In this document: in pieces, positions 14,590-29,959 of the stretch
How the letters are laid out: every line of letters starts with the position of its first letter
How positions within the stretch are numbered: position 1 is the stretch's first letter
NCBI GenBank assembly: GCA_964016885.1
Contig: OZ024741.1
Coordinates: 137,454,001 to 137,518,000, forward strand
Reading direction: 5' to 3'
From: Eledone cirrhosa
Taxonomy: Eukaryota
DNA length: 64,000 nt
The notes under the pieces: model-generated
Database searches by the model: none
What the model was told of the DNA's origin: nothing
The model's input: only the letters and a program-made list of their open reading frames with translations
Position numbers and translations under genes: made by a program

Positions 14590-14800
14590 TATAGGAACGA
14601 GTAGGACCCGGACGGCTGAGTTCAAGCCGTTTCGACGGCGGCTAATTCTGGACTGAATTAGCCGTCGAATTAGCCGTCGAAACGGCTTGAGCTCAGCTGT
14701 CCGGGTCCTACTCGTTCCTATTACCCACTCTACTACCCTAAGTATTGAGTACTTTGGTGCGTTATGGTCCATCTGGTTCCTTACCACATTTACTTCGTTA
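14590..14800 (+). mobile_element. Solo Penelope pLTR with ~130-bp fold-back palindrome in (TA)n
   Basis: ggaacgagtaggacccggacggctgagttcaagccgtttcgacggc...gccgtcgaaacggcttgagctcagctgtccgggtcctactcgttcc, then a tail matching 4582-4665. Confidence 0.8.
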
Positions 14801-15419
14801 TATATATATATGTATGCATATAAAGATTGCTTTCTTAGTTCAACGGACAACATTGAACGTTATTGTAATTCAAAATTCCCTCATATTGTTTTCAGTTTTC
14901 AGATATCTTTTTAATATATCTTTGAGGTGTGTAAATGTTTAGAAGACTTTTTTTTATTTTCTTATACTAATATTTTCCATTGAAATATACGATTAAAATT
15001 ACGTATTTATCTATGTATTCAATCTTTTCCTGAAATAATCTATGTTAGCACAGTTTGTTTCTACATTGACATGATAAATTAATTCAGAAATATTATTTTT
15101 CTTCTGTTGCTATGCAGTATATATTTATTTATTTGTTTGGAGCACTGATTCTTCTCCATCATCCAAGCGAAATTTCTCCCATAACAGTGCCAAGTTTTTT
15201 CAATTGCTCCCCATTTTGAATCGTTATCTAATAACCTTTCATCTGGGTACCATATTAACATAAGAAATATTTTCAAACCTCAGTAATTGAATATTAAAGA
15301 TGTTACCAGATAACTGAGTCACACCTATCTCCCTGCAATCCCACGCTTCTTAAATGTCTACCTCATTTTAAATGGGGCTCTACTGGTGGTTGTTTCTCCT
15401 TAGAATAGTATATATATAT

Positions 15420-15535
<116 letters not shown>

Positions 15536-16119
15536 GTATATATATAGAGAGAGAGAACGAGAGAGAGATATAGAGATAGAGAGAGAGAAAGAAATAGAGA
15601 TAGATAGATAGATAGATAGATAGATAGTTAGATAGATAAGCAGATTTAAAATAGTCGAAGTCAGTGTTGCTGCATATGTACAAACTTTATTTGCATATTA
15701 CAATTGTTTCGATATCGATTAGCTGAGGGTATAATCGAGGTGACGGCACATGCCATCTGATGGAAATGGCTGTACACTCTGCCATAAAATTTCTAGTATG
15801 ACAGGTGGAGCTGATGCAGATCCCCCCACAAAAACTAGTTCATCTTAAAAACAAACAAACAAAAACTAGTTGATCTTAAAAATTAAAGCATTCACAAGCT
15901 CGGAGACACATCAAACTAGAGCTTAACCCAGTTTCATTGGTGTTAACTGACTAAAAGTACAAGTCATGCCCCGGTGAACTGGCCTGTCATTCCTTTATAA
16001 GGTTAATTTTCAGCCGCTGCCCTGGTACTCATTTTTCATCTCTATAGGTTGAAAGAATCTAATCTAATCTAATCTGGGCGAGTTTACATTCGCAAATAAG
16101 AAGAACCAGGGCCGCCCCT

Positions 16120-16523
16120 AGGAGTATTGGATTTGGTGTACTTCATATTTGTTTCGGTTACTGAATACAATCAGGAGTCGCTGCTTCTCCTGAAGGTCAA
16201 TAGTTCTCGCGGAGCGCCTTTCCATTGTCAATTTGCATTCATCATCTGCAAAGCCGCATTGTTCTCAGAACCACTACACCAGGCTTTTGATACATGCAGC
16301 TGGAACTACTGCCACCCATTGATTGGGCAGGATTTTTATTTTTAGATGATCGTTGACTTTTATGAGTTCTTTTGCCCTTTGTCAGGTTTTGCGTTTTGTC
16401 CTGCAGGACACCCTCATCACCAAGTAAATTTGGTGGGGTTGCCAGTTTAGTCGCCGAAGACCCGACAATGCGACAAGTTATATTGGGTTACATGCTACCA
16501 GTAGCACTCAAGAGTGACCTGAC
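16120..16523 (-). mobile_element. Degenerate RTE-like LINE 5' region
   Basis: GC-rich GTCAGGTCACTCTTGAGTGCTACTGGTAGC...GGCGACTAAACTGGCAACCCCACC resembles RTE-clade 5' UTRs; assignment by recollection of family similarity only. Confidence 0.35.
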
Positions 16524-17071
16524 ATTAAATGAAATGTTTTACAAAAAAACAAAAAAACAAAACAACAATCTCTTACCCACTCTTGGAATCGAGCCCACGA
16601 CTTCGGGATCGAGGTTCCAACAACCTAATTACTAACCCACGTGACCGTAAACCTTAACTTAGTACAAAGTTATATATAATCTCCATGCAAACAACAAAAG
16701 AAACAAAAATAAGAAAAAAGCAAAATTAATAATAAACGTGGCAAGAGACGGCTTGAGCCTTACCTGACACTGGTTTACATCATATACCACATGTATTGTC
16801 AAATACTAATGAATATAGTGATTTGTTTTTCTGTTACTATTTTTTTAGAATAAAGAATGGATTTATAACCATAGTAACTACAGTAGTACATACGTCAGAC
16901 GAGACACTTCAACCACAAACGTCTATCGTTCCCTTCTATAGCTAATACAAAAGATGAGAGCACTCAATGCGAAGCTAGCAGATTGAAATCTCTCTCACTC
17001 ATTGTATATATATATATAGATATACATACATATATATATATATATAGATGTACATACATATATATATACAT

Positions 17072-17141
<70 letters not shown>

Positions 17142-17243
17142 CGATGTGTACGTGTGTTACGAATGCTTGTAACGTCGGTGCATATTAAAACAACGTTTCT
17201 CACATAATTCAGCTCTCTCAGCACCTTTTTGTGTTCTGACCAT

Positions 17244-17326
<83 letters not shown>

Positions 17327-17576
17327 TTGCTGCTGCTGCTATCATATACATATACATATATATATATATATACAAGGGAAGGGAGAGAGAGAGAGAGAGA
17401 GAGAGAGAGTGCATTTTTCCTCTGTATTCTTTTTCTGGCTTCGTTCATTGGACTTTAGTGATGCTGCGGCATGTTCTTTAAAGATTTAATCAAGCTAAAC
17501 CCGGAACTTATATCAGTCTAGTTATTTTATAGAATTTTGATTGACGAACTGCTAACTTACGAGATGATATAATCAT

Positions 17577-17641
<65 letters not shown>

Positions 17642-18297
17642 TATATATATAGTAAATAACGGTAAATATTCTCAATTCGGAAAGTATTGGTAAATCAGTT
17701 ACATGAAATCTAATTGACTGAAACTAAGTTTATTCACATGTGTATATAGTGACTGTTTTGTCAGTTGGCCATTGTGTAATGAGAGTATAGAAAATATACA
17801 TCAATAGATGAAAATATTGCTATAAGATGGACGAACCATACTCTTCTAATTGCTCAGCTCATATCGTGTATTAACTTGATCTGATCTCGGCAGTGACTTG
17901 GCAGACTTCAAGATATGTAATTCTTGAGGAATCACCAAGAGAATGTAATTAGATTCACGCACATATGCATACAATGAAGCTGGTATATACCTATCTACAT
18001 ATTCAAACATTTTCTACCACGACATAGATAACAAACATCTGATGTCTAACGCATCCACACGTACCAGATTGTTCATGTACAAAAAATAGATATAGGAGAA
18101 ATTAATATAGGTATGTGTTCTATTACTTACATGTATTCCCTTATATATACACGTATTCATATGTGTTCATATAGTTGTATACATATTTTTATGTGGATGC
18201 ATAATCCTTCGCACAAGAAGACTCCTTTACACCAATCACTCCAGTATATATCAGGATATGATATAATATCGTGGTTAGTACTGCCCTTGTGTGTGAA

Positions 18298-18612
18298 GGT
18301 ACGTGGCTTAGTAGTTTTGGTGTTTGACTCAGGATAGAAAAGTCATGATTTTGACTACCGGACCGGTCGGTGCATTGTGGTCTTGAGCAAGACATTTTAT
18401 TTCATGTCGCTTAATTTGAATCAGCTGGCAAAAGGTAAATTGTAATTATACATCAACATACTTGCATTGTCACACCTTGTTTCACGCTGAATTTTTCTGA
18501 TTACTACGTATGTGTGAACTATTCGACCACATGCATGGCTAATATCGCTAGCAGGCTTATGATTGATCAGATAATTGGAACATCCATCGTTGAAACCGAT
18601 GGCGCTCCCAGC
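18298..18612 (+). mobile_element. tRNA-derived CORE-like SINE (family B)
   Basis: tRNA-like head gtggcttagtag...ttttgactacc, CORE-like ttgtggtcttgagcaagacattttatttcatgtcgc, and a family tail shared with other copies in the window. Confidence 0.75.
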
Positions 18613-19501
18613 CCATACAACACGATTTGTACATATGGAAATAATAGTGAAAATATGAAAATACAGCACAATAAATTACAAAGAAATTACAATGCTTACA
18701 AAGGAAATGAATTATAGAGGTTATAAAGAATAGCAATTTCGTTACAAACAAAATGGATTTAGGGGTTACAAATGAAATGAAAAAGGCGTATGGTCATAAA
18801 AGAAGTTGTTACAAAGTTTCTACGCAATTCTGATAGGGACAAATTACAGGATTAATGCCGAAGTGAATAGCAAAATTACAGCATTTACTACATTCCTTCA
18901 AGCGCTATTGAAAGAATGCTTCAAGTGGGGGAGAAACTGCAGATATGAATCAAATATGTTCACTGTGGTTAACATGGAGTTTATAATCTATTCATGGTGT
19001 CTAAAGGTCATATTAAAAGCTGAGAAACTGACGTGGGATTCCATATAATTTACGCTTATTTGGAGATATATCTCTCATGCTCATCTTTAAGATCATCACG
19101 ATCCTTATACCTGAATCTAGTTCATGTGCAGCTGATAAAGTGAACGATAGATATGTGGTCAAGTCTTGCTGGATGAAATACGCTGCTTAATGTTCGCAAC
19201 ACTATGGCTATAATGCCACCATATAGAAGGACTGGATGTATTGTTTAGGAGAATACAAGCCATATATCTATTAGTCAGTATCTTAGTATTTCTGAACGAA
19301 TATATATATATATATGCTATACGTGTTAGGCGTTGAATGAGGCTTTGACAAGGCTGATATATATGTTATTCATAAAATCTGTTTCATACGATACCTCGTT
19401 ACTGTGGCATTTATCATACGCATGGTAATAGTTTGTGTTTCTACGATCGTAAGACTGCTACAGAGATAATCTGGTGATTATAAACGGCCATTGCTTACAG
19501 T

Positions 19502-19548
19502 ATATCTTTATCTGAAGATAGGTCTGTGTGACCTAGAATTTAAGGTGT
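19502..19548 (+). ncRNA. Degenerate hammerhead remnant
   Basis: CTGAAGA-TAGGTC tgtgt GACCTA-GAATT: perfect core and stem II, but GAAA and stem III are damaged. Confidence 0.35.
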
Positions 19549-20090
19549 TCAATTAACGATTATAAGGTTTTAGGTTCCATCCTCATTTGTTCCTGAGCAA
19601 AACGTTGACTAGGGTTCCTATCACTAATACTGTTGATATCAACCCATCTAAAACAGCATTTGGCTTCATGAAACAAAATCACCCATGTAGAATGCCTTCC
19701 TATTTAAATTATAAGCTTCCAGCATAACGTTGCATAAAAAAACCTTCGTTAAGTTATAATACGAATACCATCTTAATGAAAAGACATGTTTTTTAAAACC
19801 CTTGGAAATCTTCATTAATTAGTTTTAATATAGAGTATTTCAATAGAAGTAGGGTTACCAAAGGAAAATACCCAAGAAACCTCATATAAGATTCCTCTGC
19901 ACAAGAATTTTGCTAAACTAGCGTAGGTGTGAGATTTTCTCTGCATGGGTTTTTAACAGTAAAATAGATGTTCACACATTTGAAAATATAGGACAGATGT
20001 GCACGGATGAGATCGATGAATATAAATATCTAAAATTTGTCTTGTGACGTGTTTTTTACATGCGTGACAAGAACAGAATTTGAAAGTGAT

Positions 20091-20149
<59 letters not shown>

Positions 20150-20233
20150 GTATATATATATATATATATATATGTATGCGTTCCTCCTGTGTGTGCGTGT
20201 GAAAGAAATAAAGTATCTCCTGCCATGCCACCA

Positions 20234-20363
<130 letters not shown>

Positions 20364-20367
20364 CATA

Positions 20368-20450
<83 letters not shown>

Positions 20451-21607
20451 AGTATGTGCATGTCTGCCTTGCCCTCATTAACTACATCTAGCTAACTTGT
20501 CAGTAACTGTCGGAGTCATTTAGTCTCATCTCTCTTAATCTCCCGACACCAGTTCTCCATGAATATTTCTTTTCTGTCATTTCTGTCAATTTTTATAAAC
20601 GATAATTCCACTGGATATATCATCATATGAATCTCAACCAAACAATAGCGTTACTACGATTCTTCTTAATATTTATATCAGCGTTCAAAAGCTTCAATCA
20701 GAATTCGACATTCTTTTAAAAGCTATATTATTGCAAATTTTATTTCTCTTAACGTTGATTTGGGTTTTGAAATTATATATCTATGACAATTAACCCTATT
20801 GATACAAGACATCACGAAACCATCTTTGGTTTTATTATATAAAACTGTTTTAGAGTGGTTATCTAAAAAGAATCCATTATAATTTTATGTAGTAACATTT
20901 GTTAAGTTTTGTTCCAAACATTAAGCTAATAATGCAAATAACAGTTATTTCCTAAATTGCTCAAAATTCTTGATTACCTACACGTTTATTAGAATATCAT
21001 TACCAGTGTCTTTTATGAAATATATAGTAACGAAGAGTTTAAATTGCTTCTTTATTCTGTGTACCACTTTTTTCTATCTTCACACTGCCTTGAACGACAA
21101 CTTTGAGGAGCCTCGTTGCGGTCAGCTCCCCATCATAAATATATCCTGTCAAGTTTTAGAGCGGGAACTGTAAGGGCACAGACGTGATTAACACTTTCCT
21201 GTTAGAGAGGAGTAAGTCACTCATTTGAAACATCACATGATGCGAGACTTTCTCCAGTCTCAAACTCATTACTTCGATCACAAATCACGGCAGTGCCGCC
21301 TGCAACACACAGAGGGAGAACATGACTAAATACCAGTCATTGACTAAATACCAGACCATTTCTATTTCCTCCGCTAAATTTGGAGGAGGGAATCAAGCTC
21401 GAGCAAGCTCCCCACCCTGCCACAGTGAGGCAAAATGATTGGAGTAGTGGGTATCGTTGGCTGTTCTTCACAGCAGTTCTTTCATCGATGGGGTACAGCT
21501 GAGATATGCAGTTTAGCCTTATATGTAGAGTATGCCCCGTGAAGCGGAACAGCAGATGCAGTGGGTATTGCTGACTGTTCTCCACGGTGCATCTTGTCTA
21601 TGGTCTG

Positions 21608-21740
21608 CAGCTAACATATAGCGCGCAGCCGACATGTAGCGCCCAGTCGACATGTAGCGCCCAGTCGGCATGTAGCGCCCAGCCGGCATGTAACGCCCAG
21701 CCTACATGCAGCGTCCAGTCGACATGTAGCGTCCAGCTAA
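21608..21740. repeat. 18-bp GC-rich minisatellite (~7 units)
   Basis: gcgcccagtcgacatgta-type units in tandem. Confidence 0.85.
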
Positions 21741-22720
21741 TGGTACAGATTTTCTCCTCCACACGCTTCCTCTCCCAATCCCTCTACCAAATTCACCTTT
21801 TTAAAAAAAATGTCTTCCATATCCTTCCCTTATCTTCATTTACTTTATCCATGTTACTGCATCTTTGATTTTCCTTGACATTGGTTGAAGATCTGAAATG
21901 ATGTTTTTGTGTCAGATTTAAAATATTTCCGTTCCACTCCAGTGATTGCTTCTGCGCCAGAAACACAGAAAGCACATTCTTAATCACTCCCACCCACACG
22001 CACACTGACACATAAACACACATACACTGACACATACAAGTACATACTGACAGGCTGACACACACACGCATGTTGGCAAACACACACATATTGACACACT
22101 AACGCACATACATACACATACAAAAACATGCACACACTGACACACACAAGCATACAGTGTTACATGAGTCTCAGGTACAAACAAATGTATTGACAAACTT
22201 ACACATACACAACAATACATATCTACTCCCATACACACATACAGACCGACACAGACAAACACATATGTTTATCTTACTCTATTTTCTTCAATCACCAGTT
22301 CAATAAACATTTATACAATACACTACTTCTATAGTAATAATTGCCATCTGCGATCGCTGATTATGTATTGTTTTTTAAATTCAGGTCTATTTCAGGATTA
22401 AAGAAATATTTGATAGAAAATTAAAATGACAAGCGTTTAAAATCGTTCAAATGTAGATTCTGTTTGTCTTTTACTCTTTTTGTTTGTAATCTAGCATGTA
22501 CTGTTAAATGTGATCTTCGCCGTGTTGCTGATATCAAGACAACTTTGGGAAGATATGCTGCAGTTGTCTTATTTTAAATACTTTAGACGCTTCAAAGAAT
22601 CCAAGTCCACTACTGTGTCTTAAAAATATCCTAATTATTTTACGAATAGTTGAGAAAAATTTAAATTTTTTGAGTATGTTGCTACTTGTAAGCTACTACA
22701 AACAGGATTGACTAGTCAAA

Positions 22721-22907
22721 TAGACCTGCAACCTCTAAAAACCCAAACGGGGAGTACCATGTAAAAAAAGGGCCCCAAAACAGGGAGAAATAAGGCAAAA
22801 TGGGGATATTTTACGAAATGAAAGCTATACCCATTTTCACAAGAGAAAACAAAACGTCAAAGTGGGTGGGAAATCTCCCCGTCGGACGGGGAAGGTTGCA
22901 AGGTCTG
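22721..22907. mobile_element. Short MITE (hAT-like ends)
   Basis: Imperfect terminal inverted repeats agacctgcaacc / ggttgcaaggtct; no clear target-site duplication. Confidence 0.45.
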
Positions 22908-23637
22908 ATTAAATAATCGAACAAGTTTAGTATATGAACACCCATAGACAAATAAAATAGACAGCATCAACTGTTGGAATTGAACCGTAATGGTAAACCG
23001 TCCGGCATACGGCATATGCGAGTTCAATTCTCGCAGGTGACTGATCACTTTTTCCGTCTCTATTTCATATACTCAACTTGATCAACGATTTAATAGATAA
23101 ACCTACGTTGTGGTAGCTTACAATAAAGTAACGTACTTTCAAAATAATATAATTATATATGTATATATAGATATATAGTTATTATGTGTGTACGAGTGTA
23201 ACACACCTGTCAGTTTCGAAGAGGAATATTCCAGGTGTTTGAATAGTCTGATAGTGAAATTAGTCATCCGAATGGCTGAATACGACAGAGAGAAGTCCGC
23301 TCATGACAGGGGCTTCACTGTGCCACAGTGTATGGCATATCTGAGTGGTTAAGAAGCAAGTTTCCCACACATGAGATACCGTGTTCGATACTACTGCGTA
23401 TCATCTTTACCATAGCCCCAGGTTGATACAGACCAGAAGCTGTAGAAGACTGTTGGATTATACATGTAATGCAATCCAGCTTTCTCACATAATTTGCACG
23501 CTAATTCTTATTCTCTAGTCTCGGTGGAATACTTAACCATTATATGTTACGTCACAAGTTGGATATTCAGTCGAACAACTGGGTGCTTATCGTGGAAATC
23601 AACAGAAAATTCATCAAATAATTATATTTATTAAGTA

Positions 23638-23899
23638 CTAGCAAAAGAGCCCGTCGTTGCTGGGCAAACTCTTCGCCAGTGTAGATAAAGAACCCCCCAC
23701 TCTCATCAACATGGCCATCTTTAATTAGCCCAAGAACTCTGTTATTTTAGAGAATAGCAATATTTAAACTATATGTTGACATGCTCCGGGAGCCAAATAA
23801 CCTATATATCAAATTTGAACAAAATCGGATGAAAACTGTGGAAATGCATCGCCTGCATTCAGACAGACAGGCAGAGTTTTTCGCCTTTATATATATAGA
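23638..23899 (-). mobile_element. Non-autonomous Helitron
   Basis: The minus strand begins A|TCTATATATATAAAGG and ends with hairpin gccc-agcaacgac-gggc, then ttttgCTAG|T; inserted between A and T with no TSD. Confidence 0.75.
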
Positions 23900-24419
23900 T
23901 TTATTAATAATAGTGTCTATGGCTTTGTTTATTGAGGGTTAAGTGCATTGAATAGAAACCGGCTCAACTCCATTCATAGGTATGTGAACAACAATACTTC
24001 TGAGAGGAAGTTCATTATTCTCTTGATTTTTCTACCTACGGCAGTTTCTACCGTTATTTAAATATTTGATAAACGATAGAGATAAATTATTCCTCCTACT
24101 CGTGCGTAGGTTGTAACAGATGATTAAGCTGTGTCGGATGTCGTAGATATGATGTTAATATTCTGTTATTCGCAAAGTACAATAACAGCATATTACCGGG
24201 AATGGATTTTGGAAACCAGATTTGGTTTGGCTGAAATTTACCGTCTACGCTGCTCTACACATCTGCTTGCTTGAAGATAAACGGAAGATTTTATCTCTAG
24301 AGAAATATCACAGATAAACCATGTTCCTACAGGATTGTGGTTTATAAAACCACAAAATATTTACAATCAATACACTTAATGTGTAAATAAGCATTCTGCG
24401 GCCTACGTTGGTTATGATG

Positions 24420-24678
24420 CGTGTCCCAGTTATTCGATTAATGGAAGAACAAGTGGAGGAGTAATCTACAGACATGTGCAATCCTTAACGCAGATTCAGC
24501 GTAGCACAGTGCATGACAATGCTGACCCTTTGTATTAGAGGTACAACTCATTTTTTTCCCAGTGGATTGAACTGGAGTAACGTTAAATAAATTGTTTTCC
24601 TAAAGCACATTGCCGGGAATCGAACACAACCTTACAATTGTGAGCAGAACGCATTAACTAAGAAGCCACAAACCTTCA
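24420..24678 (-). mobile_element. CORE-like SINE (family B)
   Basis: Reverse complement of the head, CORE and tail seen at 18298-18612. Confidence 0.65.
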
Positions 24679-24822
24679 CTAAGATGTGAATAGATGCAAT
24701 ATATGTTTGTGAAGCAGCAGGTTGCGAGATCCTATATTTATATAGATACCGAAAAGTAAGCATAACAAATTTAAACTTAAAATTATTTTATTATTATTAT
24801 ACTGTCTTGAGTAACTAGAGAT

Positions 24823-25018
24823 TATTCTGTATTGTCGTGATGTAGAGATTCTCTTAAATAGGATCATTCTATATTGTGGTGCTATATTGTTTAAGAAGAA
24901 GCCTTTAAATAGGAAACATGCTGTATTGTGGTGCTGTAGAGTTTAAGAAAATTCTCTTCAATAGAGACCATTCTGAATTGTAGCGCTCTATAGTTAGTTT
25001 AGAAGAAGCTCTTAAATG
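24823..25018. repeat. Degenerate ~50-bp tandem repeat (~4 units)
   Basis: attct(g/a)tattgt(c/g)gtg...ttaagaa...ttaaatagg units. Confidence 0.55.
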
Positions 25019-26226
25019 GTTTTGTTGTTGGTTTTCCAACGATTTCGGCGAAGGTGTCGCAAGTGTTCGATTAGGAGAACAGCCTGAAATTAACGAGCAA
25101 ATGGATGAACATTTTACAAACAAGTCTACCCATTATGTAGTTCACTGGGAGTGAGAAGACTGGTACTTTTAATTACAGTTAAATTCCTTTTTCCCATACT
25201 GATTGGAAGAGGGAGGTGAAATAAATTATTTTGCTTAAGGACACAACGCACCACTGGGAATCAAACTCGCAACCTTACAGTAGTTACACAACCATCATAA
25301 CTTCTAAGCCACGCTCCGTCATTGCTATTAAATGACTTGGGTCCTTAGTTTATATTTCTTACGTAACCGAAGTGTGCAATTACGAATCAATTGACCGCGT
25401 ATGATGCAGGGCCAGGGCATATTAGTATATTAAGTGAAAATGTCATAAGTGTGTCCGCCACACATGTCAGTGCATTTCTACATTTCCAATATAAGATTTG
25501 AAAATGTATATTGATGATCAGTGGTTAATATTCCTTTAATTGATGACGCCACCATCAGCAAGAAGCAATTATTCATTATGAGAACGTGTTATCTTAATTA
25601 AACCTCGACTGTTGATAGCAAAATGTATCGTTGATAAGGAATGTGAAACCTTATATTGTATGATGATAAATAACTTGGCACTTCAGATTGAAGCTTATTA
25701 AGTGTTACACAATATTTCAAGGTTGCTAAGAACAGAGTAGTCCACTAATTAATACGAAGCAATATAATATAAATGATTCAGATTTAAAAACATTAGTCTT
25801 GTTAGAATCTCGCTTGGGAGGTAAAAGAGAGAAAGGTTCAACGTATCGGAAGTATGCCCCCACTTCTTTGAGAAAACAACAACATATTTCGGTACTAGAC
25901 ATATAAAAAGATGGAGATAACAGAGGTAAACTTTGTTCCATCATTATGTTTTTCTGTTTTTTTTTCTGTTCAAATTCTAGCTGTCTGATGCGGTCATAGC
26001 TGTTGAATAATGGTTATCACCGAAATATATATATAACAGCTAATATGAATAAACGAAGTTAATTTTAACCTGTTGACTTACACTACTTTTTAAAATTACT
26101 CTGGAGTAAATAGACCCAGCTGGACACTTCGTTGAGTGCTCTACCCTGCTTACTGAAGTGTCGGTTACTAACCAACATATACTCAAATTTATACCCCCCT
26201 CCATACACACATATATATATATATAT

Positions 26227-26323
26227 ACATGGTATCACCAAAATATGTATACATATCTTACCTGTACAGGCAATCAATTAGAATGTTGTTGAAGTATGTA
26301 TACATTTTGGGTGACACTCTGTA
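26227..26323. mobile_element. Tc1/mariner-type MITE
   Basis: TA-flanked inverted ends ggtatcaccaaaatatgtatacata / tatgtatacattttgggtgacac; same family as 41538-41622. Confidence 0.6.
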
Positions 26324-26394
26324 TATATATATATATATAATATATAATGGGTGCGTTCTGACACAAATGGTCATACTAATAATTGATCATTATG

Positions 26395-26579
26395 GAATGG
26401 CAGTATCGGTAGAGGGTCGGACGCCATGCTTAGCAGCAAAGAGTTACGGCCCTTTATGGTCTGAGTTCAAATACCGCTGAGGTTAACTTTGCCTTTCATC
26501 CTTACGGGATCGATAAAATAAAGTACCAGTAATACACTGAGATAATTGCTGGCCTTGTGCCAAAAGTAGAAACAATTAT
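26395..26579 (+). mobile_element. tRNA-derived SINE (family A)
   Basis: tggcagtatcggtag...gagttcaaatacc (A/B-box-like) followed by ctttgcctttcatcc...gataaaataaagtaccagt; highly similar to 59708-59897 and to the reverse complement of 34682-34856. Confidence 0.8.
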
Positions 26580-26851
26580 AAATAATAGAAAAAATCGGGT
26601 AAACTAACCTTGGAGACGGAAAAAGATGACGTTGAGTTGCCGCCTCCAGTGGTATTTTATCAGATTATCTCGAGTATTACTTATAGCTATCGGTTAAAAC
26701 TGTAAACAGAAAATAGGAATTGCTTGATTTTGCCTTTGATAGAGTATTCATGCCTGAGCAGCATATTGTTGTTGGAGTCATGTAGATTACATCGATGAGG
26801 ATCTCCCGTCAATCATCTGTGAAACATATGCTATGGAAGTTGTACATGAAT

Positions 26852-26919
<68 letters not shown>

Positions 26920-27011
26920 TATATATATACATATATATGTATATATATATATATATGTGTATATATATGTGTTTATATATATGTATACATATATGTATAT
27001 ATATATATAAA

Positions 27012-27047
<36 letters not shown>

Positions 27048-27243
27048 CATACATATATATTATATATACGTATATATACACATATATATATGTATATACA
27101 TATATATACACACATATATATATGTATATATATATATATGTATATACATATATGTATATATACGTATATACATATGTATATATACACATATATATATACA
27201 TATATGTATATACATATATATATAATAAGGAGTTATATATATG

Positions 27244-27277
<34 letters not shown>

Positions 27278-27346
27278 CATATATGTAAATACATATATGT
27301 ATATATATGTATATATATGTATATATATGTATATATATATACATAT

Positions 27347-28903
<1,557 letters not shown>

Positions 28904-28931
28904 ATTCTCTAGAAAGACCGGAAGATAGGTA

Positions 28932-28976
28932 AATATTGCTGATGAGATGTAACAACATCGAAACTAGTCCAATATT
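28932..28976 (+). ncRNA. Type I minimal hammerhead ribozyme (copy 1); predicted cleavage after C28969
   Basis: aatattg-CTGATGA-gatgt aaca acatc-GAAAC TA GTC-caatatt: perfect 7-bp stem I, 5-bp stem II, canonical core, palindromic ACTAGT stem III. Confidence 0.9.
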
Positions 28977-29397
28977 CCTTGTCTGGCTTTCTGGAGAATA
29001 GAGGAAAGGTGTTTCCTCGAAAACCAGTATGACTCTAAAAACCGGTTTGTCTGTGTGTTTACATACAGAATAGCTGGACACTCACAGTAAAGTGTCCAGT
29101 GAAAAACTCGGTACATCTACATATGTACACGTGTGTGTATTCATATGCATACTAGTATTTCAGTATACATATGTGGATGTACATTTTTAACTTAATTGTT
29201 TAAGCGTCAGTCATACAAAAGTGAGTTACAAACGAAACGAAATTTAATTTCGCTTCGTTATTTGTTTTTATCGTCTCCGCTGAACCGGTACGTACTCACG
29301 CTCTATGCAAATTAGTCTGCCCACTACTAATTTTCATAGAAAAAGCATATAACGATATGTGCTTTTACGATTCTCTAGAAAGGCCGGAAGATAGGTA

Positions 29398-29442
29398 AAT
29401 ATTGCTGATGAGATGTAACAACATCGAAACTAGTCCAATATT
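29398..29442 (+). ncRNA. Type I minimal hammerhead ribozyme (copy 2); predicted cleavage after C29435
   Basis: Identical to copy 1, 466 bp downstream. Confidence 0.9.
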
Positions 29443-29789
29443 CCTTGTCTGGCTTTCTGGAGAATAGAGGAAAGGTGTTTCCTCGAAAACCAGTATGACT
29501 CTAAAAACCGGTTTGTCTGTGTGTTTACATACATAATAGCTGGACACTCACAGTAAAGTGTCCAGTGAAAAACTCGGTACATCTACATATGTACACGTGT
29601 GTGTATTCATATGCATACTAGTATTTCAGTATACATATGTGGATGTATATTTTTAACTTAATTGTTTAAGCGTCAGTCATACAAAAGTGAGTTACAAACG
29701 AAACGAAATTTAATTTCGCTTCGTTATTTGTTTTTATATATATATGTATATACATATATGTATATATATATGTATATATATATATATAA

Positions 29790-29843
<54 letters not shown>

Positions 29844-29917
29844 TTATATATATATATATATATACACATACATTTATATATATATATATACATATATATA
29901 TACATATATATATATAC

Positions 29918-29948
<31 letters not shown>

Positions 29949-29959
29949 CATATATATAT

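Larger units (their letters stand above)
28904..29737 (+). mobile_element. Retrozyme-like element: 368-bp direct repeats (28904-29271, 29370-29737) with 98-bp spacer, period 466 bp, one hammerhead per repeat
   Basis: The two copies differ at about 3 positions; no coding capacity; flanked by (TA)n on both sides. Confidence 0.8.

Noticed and set aside
15079-15276. ORF containing WYPDERL, reminiscent of the receptor W-x-D-x-R-L motif
   Set aside because: Spacing and surrounding residues do not match, and there are no fitting splice sites.
23203-23238. acacct/aggtgt stem with GAAAC on the minus strand
   Set aside because: CUGANGA core absent; at best a deleted remnant.
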